Source: Chloroflexota bacterium (GTDB lineage: Bacteria > Chloroflexota > Anaerolineae > Anaerolineales > UBA4823). Taken from it: 64,000 nucleotides of DNA. The position numbers were made by a program, and so were the translations under genes. This document shows, in pieces, positions 27,357-36,607 of this stretch. The stretch is taken from the NCBI GenBank assembly GCA_029265355.1, contig JAJUJL010000005.1, positions 168,339-232,338 of the forward strand. The letters run 5' to 3'. The notes beneath the pieces are model-generated. The model made no database searches and had not been told where the DNA came from. It was given only the letters and a program-made list of their open reading frames with translations. Position 1 is the first letter of the stretch; every line of letters begins with the position of its first letter.

Positions 27357-28453
27357 TTTTTTTTTTCTGAATTGGGCGGCTGGTTTTCATCCAGGGAGGG
27401 CTCAGGCTCGCCAGATGAGAAGGCTTGACCCTGTAGCTGTTCGATGCGCTCTTGCAGATCTTCCATGCTGATTTCAGCCTGGTGGAATGGGCCTCGTTTG
27501 ATGCGGTGCGGCAGAGCCAGTTCAGCCGCCAGGGCAATATCGCGATCGGAGATGGCTTTACGACCTTCGAACGCGGCGTGGGCGCGAGCCGTCTTCAGGA
27601 TTACCAGATCGGCGCGGTGACCATCGACATTCAAAGAGGCGCTCAAGGCGGCGATCGAGAGCAGGTCGCGCCGGTTGTAGGTGACTTGATCGACCAGCAA
27701 GCGCGCCTGGTCAATTTGGTGGGATAACTCTTCTTCGGAGTGCATCCAGCGCTTACGGAATTCTTCGGAATTGCTTTCGAACGACAGGTTGCGCTCCATG
27801 ATCAGCACGCGCTCTCTGGCGTCACGAATGCCATGAATTTCCACCGAGAGTGCAAAGCGGTCTAACAATTGGGGGCGCAGATCGCCCTCTTCGGGGTTCA
27901 TTGTGCCGACCAGGATAAAGCGCGCGGGGTGAGAGAAGGAGATGCCTTCGCGCTCGACGATGTTCATGCCCATGGCAGCGGAGTCCAGCAGCAAATCGAC
28001 CACATGATCATCCAGCAGGTTGACCTCGTCAATGTACAGCAGCCCGCGGTTGGCGGCTGCCAGCACGCCAGGCTCGAAGTGTCGTTCACCCTTCTGGATG
28101 GCCTTTTCGATGTCAAGCGTGCCGACCACGCGATCCTCTGTGGCCGAAACAGGCAGGTTGACAAAGGGCGTGGTGCGCAGTTCGACCGGCAGCATTTGCC
28201 CGCTCTCGGCCCGTTCGCGGCATTCTGTGCACCAGGTGGTTGGGCGGTCCGGGTCGCAGCCGAAGCGACAATCCGCCACCACGGCGACCTTTGGCAGCAG
28301 CGCAGCCAGAGCCCTGGCAGCGGTGGACTTGGCGGTGCCGCGCTCTCCCCGGATCAGGACGCCGCCAATGCGGGGGTCCACGGCGTTCAAAACCAGGGCG
28401 CGTTTCATACGCTCCTGTCCAACAATGGCGGTAAAGGGATAGATGTAAGGCAT
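27350..28453 (-). CDS. ChlI/BchI-like AAA+ chelatase ATPase subunit (N-terminal half of a frameshifted chlD-like gene)
   Basis: YPFTAIVGQE, GERGTAKST, ATEDRVVGTLD, LYIDEVNLL, MNPEEGDLRPQLLDRF, DGHRAD. Confidence 0.93.
   Translation of the reverse strand: MPYIYPFTAIVGQERMKRALVLNAVDPRIGGVLIRGERGTAKSTAARALAALLPKVAVVADCRFGCDPDRPTTWCTECRERAESGQMLPVELRTTPFVNLPVSATEDRVVGTLDIEKAIQKGERHFEPGVLAAANRGLLYIDEVNLLDDHVVDLLLDSAAMGMNIVEREGISFSHPARFILVGTMNPEEGDLRPQLLDRFALSVEIHGIRDARERVLIMERNLSFESNSEEFRKRWMHSEEELSHQIDQARLLVDQVTYNRRDLLSIAALSASLNVDGHRADLVILKTARAHAAFEGRKAISDRDIALAAELALPHRIKRGPFHQAEISMEDLQERIEQLQGQAFSSGEPEPSLDENQPPNSEKKKG
27357..27366 (-). other. A10 slippery site (programmed -1 frameshift or transcriptional slippage)
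   Basis: GAA AAA AAA AAG GGA TAA. The -1 frame reads KGITPEILPEEDSSRQPAEPAPQQVFDTG into the VWA ORF. Confidence 0.75.
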
Positions 28454-28508
28454 TTACTCCACTCCAGCAGGCATTATAACCCACTCTCACGATATTTAAT
28501 CGCGAAGG

Positions 28509-28537
28509 TTGCCAAGTTCTTTGCTCCGAATTATAAT
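28509..28537 (+). promoter_or_regulatory. Sigma70-type promoter of rpsA
   Basis: TTGCCA-N17-TATAAT. Confidence 0.75.
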
Positions 28538-28578
28538 GGTAAGTACATCCTATCCACACTTGGAGCAAGCCTTTTATT

Positions 28579-29826
28579 ATGGAAGAGAAAGACGTCCTCA
28601 TCGGGCACGGGGGTCAGCCCGCAAGCGAGCAAGCAGACACCACACCACAACCGGAAACAGCATCGATGGAATCCCTGTTGGAGGCGGAAGGCCTTGGCCT
28701 GGATTTCCCCAAACAAGGAGAGATACGCACGGGCGTGGTCGCTACCCTGGGAGAGAATGAAATCCTGGTTAGCATTGGAACCAAATCGGAGGGAGTGATC
28801 TCCGGGCGTGAGCTGGAAGCCATTCCAGCAGAAGAACGCGCCGCACTGCGCGTAGGGGATCGTATTCCCGTGTTTGTTGTGGTTCCTGAAGATGCGAACG
28901 GCAACGTTGTATTGTCCTATGTGCGCGCTCGCGAAGAAAGGGATTGGGAAGAAGCCGAAGCTTTGTTGGAGTCGAACGCAGTGTACGATAGCAAGATTAT
29001 CGGCTTCAATAAAGGCGGCTTGCTCGTCCCCGTGGGGCGCCTGCGCGGCTTTGTGCCGGCCTCTCAAATCAGTATGGTGCGCCGCGCCAGCATGTCGGGA
29101 GACACGCCAGACCAGCGTTGGGGCAGAATGGTGGGTGAGCATATCCGGGTTAAGGTCATCGAGGTCGACCGTGAACGGCGCCGCCTGATCCTTTCTGAGC
29201 GATCTGCCTTGCAAGAGACGCGCGAATCATTAAAGGATCGCCTGCTGGATGAACTGCAGGTTGGGGATGTGCGCAAGGGGCGCGTCACCAGCGTGGCCGA
29301 ATTCGGCGCCTTTGTGAATATTGATGGCGCAGATGGCCTGGTGCATCTTTCTGAGATTTCCTGGGATCGCATACAGCACCCCAACGAGGTGCTCAAAGTG
29401 GGCCAGGAAGTAGATGTAAAAGTCATCAGCATCGACCGCGATCGCAAACGCATTGGCCTTTCCATTCGCCAGCTTCAGGCTGATCCCTGGGTGAAGCGCA
29501 TGGGGCACATCAAAGAGGGCCAACTGATCGAAGGCAAAATCACCCACCTGACCAAATTTGGCGCTTTTGCCAGCCTGGGCGAAGACCTTGAAGGGTTGAT
29601 CCACGTCTCCGAGCTGAGCGAGCAGCGCATTGGTCACCCCAAAGAGGTGGTCAAAGAAGGTGATGTGTTAACCCTGCGGGTGATCAAAATCGACGCCGAG
29701 CGCAGGCGCATCGGTTTAAGCCTGCGCAAAGTCGATTCGCCCCAATATGCCGACCTGGATTACAAGACTTTCCTGGCCGAAGGCGCAGAGCAATCGAAGG
29801 GCGACGAAACAGAGCCGGAAGAGTAG
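28579..29826 (+). CDS. rpsA: 30S ribosomal protein S1 (four S1 domains)
   Basis: FNKGGL, GFVPASQ, FGAFVNIDGADGLVHLSEISW, RIGLSIRQ. Confidence 0.95.
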   Translation: MEEKDVLIGHGGQPASEQADTTPQPETASMESLLEAEGLGLDFPKQGEIRTGVVATLGENEILVSIGTKSEGVISGRELEAIPAEERAALRVGDRIPVFVVVPEDANGNVVLSYVRAREERDWEEAEALLESNAVYDSKIIGFNKGGLLVPVGRLRGFVPASQISMVRRASMSGDTPDQRWGRMVGEHIRVKVIEVDRERRRLILSERSALQETRESLKDRLLDELQVGDVRKGRVTSVAEFGAFVNIDGADGLVHLSEISWDRIQHPNEVLKVGQEVDVKVISIDRDRKRIGLSIRQLQADPWVKRMGHIKEGQLIEGKITHLTKFGAFASLGEDLEGLIHVSELSEQRIGHPKEVVKEGDVLTLRVIKIDAERRRIGLSLRKVDSPQYADLDYKTFLAEGAEQSKGDETEPEE

Positions 29827-29844
29827 AAGCCTTCCCATCAGCAG

Positions 29845-29893
29845 TAAAGCAAGGGCCTGTTCAGCCTGGCAGAGCAAGCCCTTGCTTTATTTT
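29845..29893 (+). terminator. Terminator after rpsA
   Basis: TAAAGCAAGGGC ... GCCCTTGCTTTA followed by TTTT. Confidence 0.7.
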
Positions 29894-30028
29894 AAGCGTG
29901 AGTTCGGGATAAGAGGCGGGAAAATCTGGAGCAGCCAGGAGAACCAAACAAGATGAGAACACACAATAGTTGCTTTTTCGGATAAAATTCATTGGAATTT
30001 CTCTGACAATTTGCCAGGAGACTGACCT

Positions 30029-31429
30029 GTGCCCAAAACATTTCAATGTCCCAATTGCGGCGCGCCGGTGGATCTGGATGCCAGCAGCGATCCGGTGATC
30101 CCCTGCCCTTACTGCCAGACGGCGATCATTGTGCCGGAAGACCTCCGCACGCGACTGCCGCGAGCAACCGAAGAGCCGTTCGCGGCGACTCATGGCTCAC
30201 AGGCAGCGATCTTCACCGAGACAGCGGAAGATTTCTTTCGACAGGAGAACCTCGGGCGCTTACGCGAGATGGCAGATCTGGCGCGCAGCGGAGAAGTCGA
30301 GAAGGCGGCCGCAATTTACGCAGACATCTTCGGCACAAGCAGGGACGTTGCTCGCCTGGCAACTCAGCGCTTGTCGGAAGGTAAGCCGGTCGCTATCGCT
30401 CAAACCTCCGGGTCTGAGGGGGCTCAGCTCGCGCAAGTTTTCACTGTGGAATCCCGCCAGACCCTGGTTGATCAACAGGTGGCAACCAGGAAAGCAGCGG
30501 GCGTTGCAGCAGCGACGGTGGGCGGCATTTCTTGCGTCAGCCTGGCAGCGCTGATCATCATCCTGGGCGTTACCATTGTTCCCATCTTCTTTGCTCTGCT
30601 CTCACCTGGCGGTCCCCTGGAAAAGATCGGGGCGCGCCTCAATCCGCTGGCCTTTGCCAGGCTGGATTTATCCTTTGGCGGCGAGGGTACCGGTGCAGGG
30701 TTGTTCGATGACCCGCGCGGCATCGCGATCGATCCGGCGGGCAATCTATTCATCGCCAACTACTCGGATGGGCGGGTGCAGAGCTTCGATCTTTCCGGCA
30801 ATTATCAGCTCCTGTGGAACATTGGAGCAGAGCAGTATGTCAAAAGCATGGCTGCCGATCGGGATGGCAATGTCTTCATGGTTTACAAAGGAGACATCTG
30901 GAAGTACCGCGGTGCAGATGGGCAATTGATTGCACAGATTCAGCACCCTGAAGATGAATGGATTGAGGCAATCGCAGCAACCGCCGACGGAGGGTTGTTG
31001 GCGGCGGTAACCACCGATGATGTGCTGCGCTTCGACGCCAGCGGGGAGCTGGTCTGGTCGCTGCCAGGCGCTGCTGAAGATGCAGATACTGTCGAAGACC
31101 TGGCGGTCGATGGCGTTGGCAACATCTATCTGCTCACCAGATCGGAGGCGATCATCGTCCTATCTCCCGAAGGCCGCCTGCTGTCGCGCTTTGGCAGCAG
31201 CGGCGATGAGCCAGGCCAACTGCGCGCAGTGGGCGCCATTGCCGTAGATGGACAGAGCCGCATCTACGTGAGTGATATCAAAGGCATCCAGGTGTACCAG
31301 CCGGATGGGCGCTACCTGGATTTGATCGACGTGCCGGGTTATGCCTTCGGCCTGGCATTCGACAGCCAGGGGGGGCTGTGGGTGGTTTCCAATGAGCCTG
31401 CTATCATCCGCTACCGCATCGTCAAGTAA
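30029..31429 (+). CDS. Membrane protein: N-terminal Zn ribbon, helical domain, TM, C-terminal NHL beta-propeller
   Basis: CPNCG...CPYC; TM segment; GEGTGAGLFDDPRGIAID and GDEPGQLRAVGAIAVD NHL repeats. Confidence 0.8.
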   Translation: MPKTFQCPNCGAPVDLDASSDPVIPCPYCQTAIIVPEDLRTRLPRATEEPFAATHGSQAAIFTETAEDFFRQENLGRLREMADLARSGEVEKAAAIYADIFGTSRDVARLATQRLSEGKPVAIAQTSGSEGAQLAQVFTVESRQTLVDQQVATRKAAGVAAATVGGISCVSLAALIIILGVTIVPIFFALLSPGGPLEKIGARLNPLAFARLDLSFGGEGTGAGLFDDPRGIAIDPAGNLFIANYSDGRVQSFDLSGNYQLLWNIGAEQYVKSMAADRDGNVFMVYKGDIWKYRGADGQLIAQIQHPEDEWIEAIAATADGGLLAAVTTDDVLRFDASGELVWSLPGAAEDADTVEDLAVDGVGNIYLLTRSEAIIVLSPEGRLLSRFGSSGDEPGQLRAVGAIAVDGQSRIYVSDIKGIQVYQPDGRYLDLIDVPGYAFGLAFDSQGGLWVVSNEPAIIRYRIVK

Positions 31430-31440
31430 TGAGACGCTGT

Positions 31441-33270
31441 CTAGATGGCGTGACCCTTGAACTGGCTCATGTAGAGTTGGTAGTAGAAACCGCGTTTTTG
31501 CAGCAGCTCCTGGTGACTGCCGCGCTCGATAATCTCCCCCTCTTTGATCACCAGCAATTCGCCAGCATTGCGGATGGTGCTCAGGCGATGGGCAATAACG
31601 AAGCTGGTGCGTCCTGACATCAATCGCTGCAGCGCCTGGTGAATGCGCGCTTCGGTGCGCGTATCAACACTGCTGGTGGCCTCGTCCAGGATCAGGATAC
31701 GAGGATTGGACAGCACCGCGCGGGCAATGGTCAGGAGTTGCCGCTGGCCCTGGCTCAGGTTGCTGCCGCGCTCGGTCAGCAGCGTCTGGTAGCCCTGGGG
31801 GAGTTGGCGGATGAAGTAATCGGCGTCTGCCACACGGGCGGCCTCGATCACCTCTTCATCGCTGGCATCCAGCCTGCCATAGCGGATATTTTCCATCACT
31901 GTATTGGAAAACAAGAAGGAGTCTTGCAGCACCATGCCTATCTGGCGGCGCAAGTTGGCGCGTTTTGCCTGGCGGATATCCACATCGTCGATGGTGATCG
32001 CCCCTCGGTCCACATCGTAGAAGCGCATCAACAGGTTGACAAGCGTTGTTTTACCGGCCCCGGTTGGGCCAACCAGTGCAATCGTCTGCCCGGTTTGGGC
32101 TGCCAGGCTCATGTCCTTGATCACGGGCAGTTGCGGCAGATAACCGAAGGTGACGTGATCGAAGCGCACCTTCCCATCGATCGATACCAAAGCTGAGGGA
32201 TTTGCCCCATCTTCGATCTCCGGAACAGAATCGAGAATCTCGAAGACCCGCTCAGCGCCTGCCAGGGCTGCCTGGATATCATTGTAGACATTGGCGAGCT
32301 GGCGCAGGGGCTGCATGAATCGGCGCCCGTAGCTGATGGAAGCGGCGATTTGTCCCACGGTTGCCAGACCCTGGATTGCCAGCCAACCGCCGACGCCTGC
32401 CAGCACGATCACGAACAGGTTGCCCAAGATGTTGGTCAGCGGCATCAGCAGCAGGGCGTACGAATTGGCGTACACGCCAGCCCGGTAAACTGCCTGGTTG
32501 TGACTGCGAAACTGCTCCACCGCAGCTTCTTTGCGCCGGAAAGCGCTGATCACGCGCTGCCCGCTGATCGATTCCTCCATGTTAGCATTCAACTCGCCCA
32601 ACTCTTTTTGCAGGGTGCGGTAGCCGCGGCGGGTATAGCGCGCCACAAAGCTGGTGAACCAGAAGGTCAGCGGAACGATTGCCAGGGCGGCGAGCGCCAG
32701 CCAGGGATTGAGTGCAAACATGGCGATCAGGATTCCCCCCAGTGTCAGCAGCCCGGCAGCCAGCGTGGTGACGTTTTGCGATACTGCCTGGTTGATGGCG
32801 TCGATATCGTTGGTCAAACGGCTCATCAGCTCCCCGGCCGGCTGCTGATCATAGAAACGCAGTGACAGATCTTGGAGATGGTTGAACAAATCCTGCCGCA
32901 GGCGTCTCAAGGCGCTCTGCGAGACGCGCGCCATGATCCAATCGGCGCTGGCCTGCATTGCGCCGCCGGTCAGGAAGACCCCCAGCATGAACAGGGCAGT
33001 GCGCACCAGGCCGGAGATATCTTTGCCGCTGATGTAGCGGTCGATTGCCACACCCATCAGGTAAGGGCCGATCAAATCCATCAGGATGGCAACCAACATC
33101 AGGGCAAAGACCGCTGCGATGGTCAGCAGGTAAGGCTTCAGATAGGGGAGCAACCGACGCAACGCCCGGCGTGCATCCCTGGCTTTCTCGATCTTGCCCG
33201 GGCTGGCCGGGCCGCGCCGCAATTGCGGGCGCAAAAAGGGTTCTTTGCCATTGCCCGGCTGGTTAGCCAT
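31441..33270 (-). CDS. ABC exporter, fused TMD-NBD (heterodimer subunit 2)
   Basis: GPTGAGKTT, LSQGQRQ, ILDEATS. ATG overlaps the end of the upstream gene. Confidence 0.93.
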   Translation of the reverse strand: MANQPGNGKEPFLRPQLRRGPASPGKIEKARDARRALRRLLPYLKPYLLTIAAVFALMLVAILMDLIGPYLMGVAIDRYISGKDISGLVRTALFMLGVFLTGGAMQASADWIMARVSQSALRRLRQDLFNHLQDLSLRFYDQQPAGELMSRLTNDIDAINQAVSQNVTTLAAGLLTLGGILIAMFALNPWLALAALAIVPLTFWFTSFVARYTRRGYRTLQKELGELNANMEESISGQRVISAFRRKEAAVEQFRSHNQAVYRAGVYANSYALLLMPLTNILGNLFVIVLAGVGGWLAIQGLATVGQIAASISYGRRFMQPLRQLANVYNDIQAALAGAERVFEILDSVPEIEDGANPSALVSIDGKVRFDHVTFGYLPQLPVIKDMSLAAQTGQTIALVGPTGAGKTTLVNLLMRFYDVDRGAITIDDVDIRQAKRANLRRQIGMVLQDSFLFSNTVMENIRYGRLDASDEEVIEAARVADADYFIRQLPQGYQTLLTERGSNLSQGQRQLLTIARAVLSNPRILILDEATSSVDTRTEARIHQALQRLMSGRTSFVIAHRLSTIRNAGELLVIKEGEIIERGSHQELLQKRGFYYQLYMSQFKGHAI

Positions 33271-35035
33271 GCGCCGCCTCGCCTTTGCTTTGCTCCAAGA
33301 TCGCCCCGTCGCCAAGCTGCGAATCGAAGATTTCCCGGTAAATCTGGCTGGACTGCATTAGCTCAGCATGCCTGCCGGCCGCCGCAATGCGCCCCTTTTC
33401 CAGGACGACGATTTTGTCTGCGTTGAGCACCGTGCTGATGCGCTGGGCGACGATGAAGCAGGTGCGGTTCTTGAGCAACTCATCCAGTGCGGCCTGGATT
33501 TTGGCTTCGGTCTCCACATCCACCGCGCTGGTGCTGTCGTCTAATATCAAAATCTTGGGCTGCACCAGCAGCGCCCGGGCAATCGCAATGCGTTGTTTTT
33601 GACCTCCCGATAGATTCACACCGCGCTGCTTTACAGGGGTATCATAGCCCTCAGGCAGATCGAGGATAAAGTCGTGCGCCTGGGCGGCCTTGGCGGCGGC
33701 AATCACCTCCTCATCGCTGGCTGCTGGTTTGCCGTAGCGGATGTTATCGCGCACACTGCCGGAAAACAGCACCGTCTCTTGCAGGGCAACGCCCACCTGC
33801 GCCATCAGCGAGTCGTGTGTCACCTGGCGCACATCGTACCCGTCGATGAGCACCCGTCCTCGAGTGACATCGTAGAAGCGCGGGATCAGGTTGACCAGTG
33901 TAGACTTGCCGGAGCCCGTCGCTCCCAGTATGGCGATGGTTTCCCCGGGATTGGCGACCAGGTTGATCTCCTCCAAAACAGGCTCAGTGCCGTCATCAGT
34001 ATAGCTGAAGCTCACCTTCTCGAACGTCACCTGCCCGGCAATGTCTTTTGGCAGCGGGACCGCTTCGGGTTGATCCTGGACTGCGATGGGCTCCTCCAGG
34101 GCGTGGTTGATGCGTTCCGCCGAAGCATTGGCCGCCGCCAGCACCTGAGCCAGGTTGGACATGATCACCAGCGGTGTCAGAGTGGTCAGCAGGTAGTTGG
34201 TGAAAGCGACGATCTGCCCCAGAGATAGATCCCCACGCATACTGTGCATGCCGCCGATCCAGATGATCATCACGATGCCCAGGTTGATCAGGAAGGTGAG
34301 CCCCGGGTTCAAAAGGGCGGTGATCTGCATCACACGAATGGTGTCCTCGGTGAAATCCTGGTTGGCATTGGCAAAGCGGCTGATCTCGTGCTCGGCGCGA
34401 GTAAACGCTTTCACCACGCGCACCCCGGCGATGTTTTCCTGCAGCACGGTGTTGAGCGCATCCAGTTTGCTTTGCACGATCAAATACAGTGGGTGTGTCT
34501 TGGTGATAAACCCGACGATGATAGCCCCCATCGCCAGCAGCAGCGGCAGGATCCACAGCGCTAACTGCGGGCTGGTAGAGACCATCAGAATGATGCTGCC
34601 GATCATCAGCAGCGGAGCGCGCGTGCCAATGCGGATCGAAACCCGCGCCACGCGCTGAATCATGCTGATATCGCTGGTCAGCCGCACCATGAGCTGCCCG
34701 GTGCGCATGCGATCCAGGTTACTGAAGGAGAAATTCATTATCTTAGAAAACAGAGCTTCGCGCAGATCGCGACCGACGCCCTCACCAACCTGCACCGAGA
34801 GAATGTTGTTGCCAATGGCGAACAGCGTGCTCAGTACGGTGATGCCCAGCATGAGCAAGGTGGTGTTCAGCACCAATGGGAGATCGTGACCGGCGATGCC
34901 CTGGTCGATAATGCGCTCGATTAAGCGCGGGATCGCCAGGTCCATCAGCACGACCGAAACCAGAAAGAGCAAAGCCAATGCGCTTCTTTGCCAGTAGGGA
35001 GCGGCAAAGCGGAGGATTTTCCGGAGATGCTTCAT
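33263..35035 (-). CDS. ABC exporter, fused TMD-NBD (heterodimer subunit 1, degenerate Walker B)
   Basis: GATGSGKST, LSGGQKQR, ILDDSTS. Confidence 0.93.
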   Translation of the reverse strand: MKHLRKILRFAAPYWQRSALALLFLVSVVLMDLAIPRLIERIIDQGIAGHDLPLVLNTTLLMLGITVLSTLFAIGNNILSVQVGEGVGRDLREALFSKIMNFSFSNLDRMRTGQLMVRLTSDISMIQRVARVSIRIGTRAPLLMIGSIILMVSTSPQLALWILPLLLAMGAIIVGFITKTHPLYLIVQSKLDALNTVLQENIAGVRVVKAFTRAEHEISRFANANQDFTEDTIRVMQITALLNPGLTFLINLGIVMIIWIGGMHSMRGDLSLGQIVAFTNYLLTTLTPLVIMSNLAQVLAAANASAERINHALEEPIAVQDQPEAVPLPKDIAGQVTFEKVSFSYTDDGTEPVLEEINLVANPGETIAILGATGSGKSTLVNLIPRFYDVTRGRVLIDGYDVRQVTHDSLMAQVGVALQETVLFSGSVRDNIRYGKPAASDEEVIAAAKAAQAHDFILDLPEGYDTPVKQRGVNLSGGQKQRIAIARALLVQPKILILDDSTSAVDVETEAKIQAALDELLKNRTCFIVAQRISTVLNADKIVVLEKGRIAAAGRHAELMQSSQIYREIFDSQLGDGAILEQSKGEAAHG

Positions 35036-35080
35036 GTAAATCTAATTATAGCCTCAGATGCTCAGGCGTCTCCTGGGTAA

Positions 35081-35115
35081 CAGGGCTTTCACGAAGTATT
35101 CTTGTGAAAGCCCTG
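35081..35115. promoter_or_regulatory. Long palindrome between divergent promoters (candidate operator)
   Basis: CAGGGCTTTCAC-N11-GTGAAAGCCCTG. Confidence 0.5.
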
Positions 35116-35136
35116 CGAATATATGACATTCGTCGC

Positions 35137-35165
35137 TTGACAGGCGACTTTTTCTTTGATACTAT
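35137..35165 (+). promoter_or_regulatory. Sigma70 promoter of SAM riboswitch operon
   Basis: TTGACA-N17-TACTAT. Confidence 0.75.
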
Positions 35166-35185
35166 CAGTCCAATTAAATAAGAGC

Positions 35186-35292
35186 ATCTTATCAAGAGAG
35201 GTGGAGGGACCGGCCCTGTGAAACCTCGGCAACCCGGCGCAAGCCAAGGTGCCAATTCCGGCAGATCCGGCTCGGGATCTGGAAGATGAGAG
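35186..35292 (+). ncRNA. SAM-I (S-box) riboswitch
   Basis: TCTTATCAAGAGAGGTGGAGGGACCGGCCCTGTGAAACCTCGGCAACC...AAGGTGCCAATTCC...GGAAGATGAGAG, upstream of methionine pathway genes. Confidence 0.97.
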
Positions 35293-35309
35293 TGGTCCTA
35301 TGACTGCAT

Positions 35310-35343
35310 CCTCCTCAACCGGTACCCGTTGAGGAGGTTTTTT
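35310..35343 (+). terminator. Riboswitch expression-platform terminator
   Basis: CCTCCTCAAC/GTTGAGGAGG followed by T6. Confidence 0.88.
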
Positions 35344-35399
35344 GAACCTCTCCTCTCTGGTAAGAACTGCTGTTTACGTTATCACCAGAGAGGAGCGCC

Positions 35400-36599
35400 A
35401 TGATGATACACACCCAAAGTCGCCCTGCCGCCGATACCCAAAGCGTGCATGCCGGGGAGGAGCGCCGCAAACCGCACGGCGCACTGACCACCCCGATCGT
35501 GCAGACTTCCACCTACACCTTCCGCGATACGGCTGAAATCCTCGACTTCATGCAGTACAAGGCGGAGCACGAGAAAGCGCCGCGCGAAGAGTACGGGCGC
35601 TACGGCAACCCGACCCTGCGCGCGGCCGAGCGCAAGTTGGCGGCGCTGGAAAGGGCTGAAGCAGCTTTGCTGTTTGCTTCTGGGATGAACGCCATCACCA
35701 CCGCTCTGCTGGCGCTGCTTTCGGCGGGCGATCACATCGTGCTGGTATCCGACTCGTACCACCGCACGCGCGAATTCGCCCTTTCCTTCATGGGGCGCTG
35801 GGGCATCGAAACCAGCCTGGCGCCAATCGACGACCTGGCAGCCCTGGAATTCGCCATCCGCCCCAATACACGGCTTATTTTCGCCGAGACGCCCACCAAC
35901 CCCTACCTGCGCGTCATCGACCTGGAGCGCCTGGCTGCCATTGCCCGCAAGCACGGGCTGTTGACCATGGTGGACAGCACATTCGCCACACCGATCAACC
36001 TGCGCCCGCTGGAATACGGCATCGACCTGGTGACGCACTCGGCCTCCAAGTACCTGGGCGGGCACAACGACCTGCTGGCGGGAGTGGTGCTGGGAGCGGA
36101 ATGGATGCTCTCGCCCATCGAGCACGCCCGAGGCGTAATGGGCGGTATCTCCGCACCGAATGACGGTTACTTACTGTTGCGCGGCTTGAAGACCCTCGAC
36201 CTGCGCGTCCAGCGCCAGAATGAAAACGGGCTGCGCATCGCCCAGTTCCTGGCAGATCACCCCGGCGTCCGCCGCGTCTATTACCCAGGGCTGGACTGCC
36301 ACCCGGACCATGAGATCGCCAAACGCCAGATGCAAGGCTTCGGCGGTGTGGTCAGCTTCGAGATCGACGGCGATTTCGAAAAGACCGGGCGCTTCATCGA
36401 CCGTTTGCAGATACCTTACATCGGGCCAACGTTGGGCGGTGTGGAAAGCATCGTGCAGCAGCCGGCGGCGCTCTTCTCGCTGCACGCGTCCGAGCGCCAG
36501 GCCGCCGGGTTGAAAGACAACCTGGTGCGCTACGCCGCCGGCATCGAGTCGGCTGAAGACCTGATCCTGGACCTGGCGCAGGCATTGGCAGGCTTATGA
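35400..36599 (+). CDS. Cys/Met metabolism PLP enzyme, probable cystathionine gamma-synthase (MetB-like)
   Basis: YGRYGNPT, FASGMNA, ETPTNP, VDSTFATP, HSASKYLGGHNDL; under SAM-I control. Confidence 0.9.
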   Translation: MMIHTQSRPAADTQSVHAGEERRKPHGALTTPIVQTSTYTFRDTAEILDFMQYKAEHEKAPREEYGRYGNPTLRAAERKLAALERAEAALLFASGMNAITTALLALLSAGDHIVLVSDSYHRTREFALSFMGRWGIETSLAPIDDLAALEFAIRPNTRLIFAETPTNPYLRVIDLERLAAIARKHGLLTMVDSTFATPINLRPLEYGIDLVTHSASKYLGGHNDLLAGVVLGAEWMLSPIEHARGVMGGISAPNDGYLLLRGLKTLDLRVQRQNENGLRIAQFLADHPGVRRVYYPGLDCHPDHEIAKRQMQGFGGVVSFEIDGDFEKTGRFIDRLQIPYIGPTLGGVESIVQQPAALFSLHASERQAAGLKDNLVRYAAGIESAEDLILDLAQALAGL

Positions 36600-36607
36600 G
36601 TAGGCTT

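Noticed and set aside
26403-28453. Chelatase genes as evidence of phototrophy
   Set aside because: No bch/chl/puf genes or ChlH subunit in the window; ChlI/D-like AAA+/VWA pairs are common in non-phototrophs.
28550-28558. CTATCCACA DnaA-box-like 9-mer in the rpsA leader
   Set aside because: Single one-mismatch hit, expected by chance; kept only as a note.
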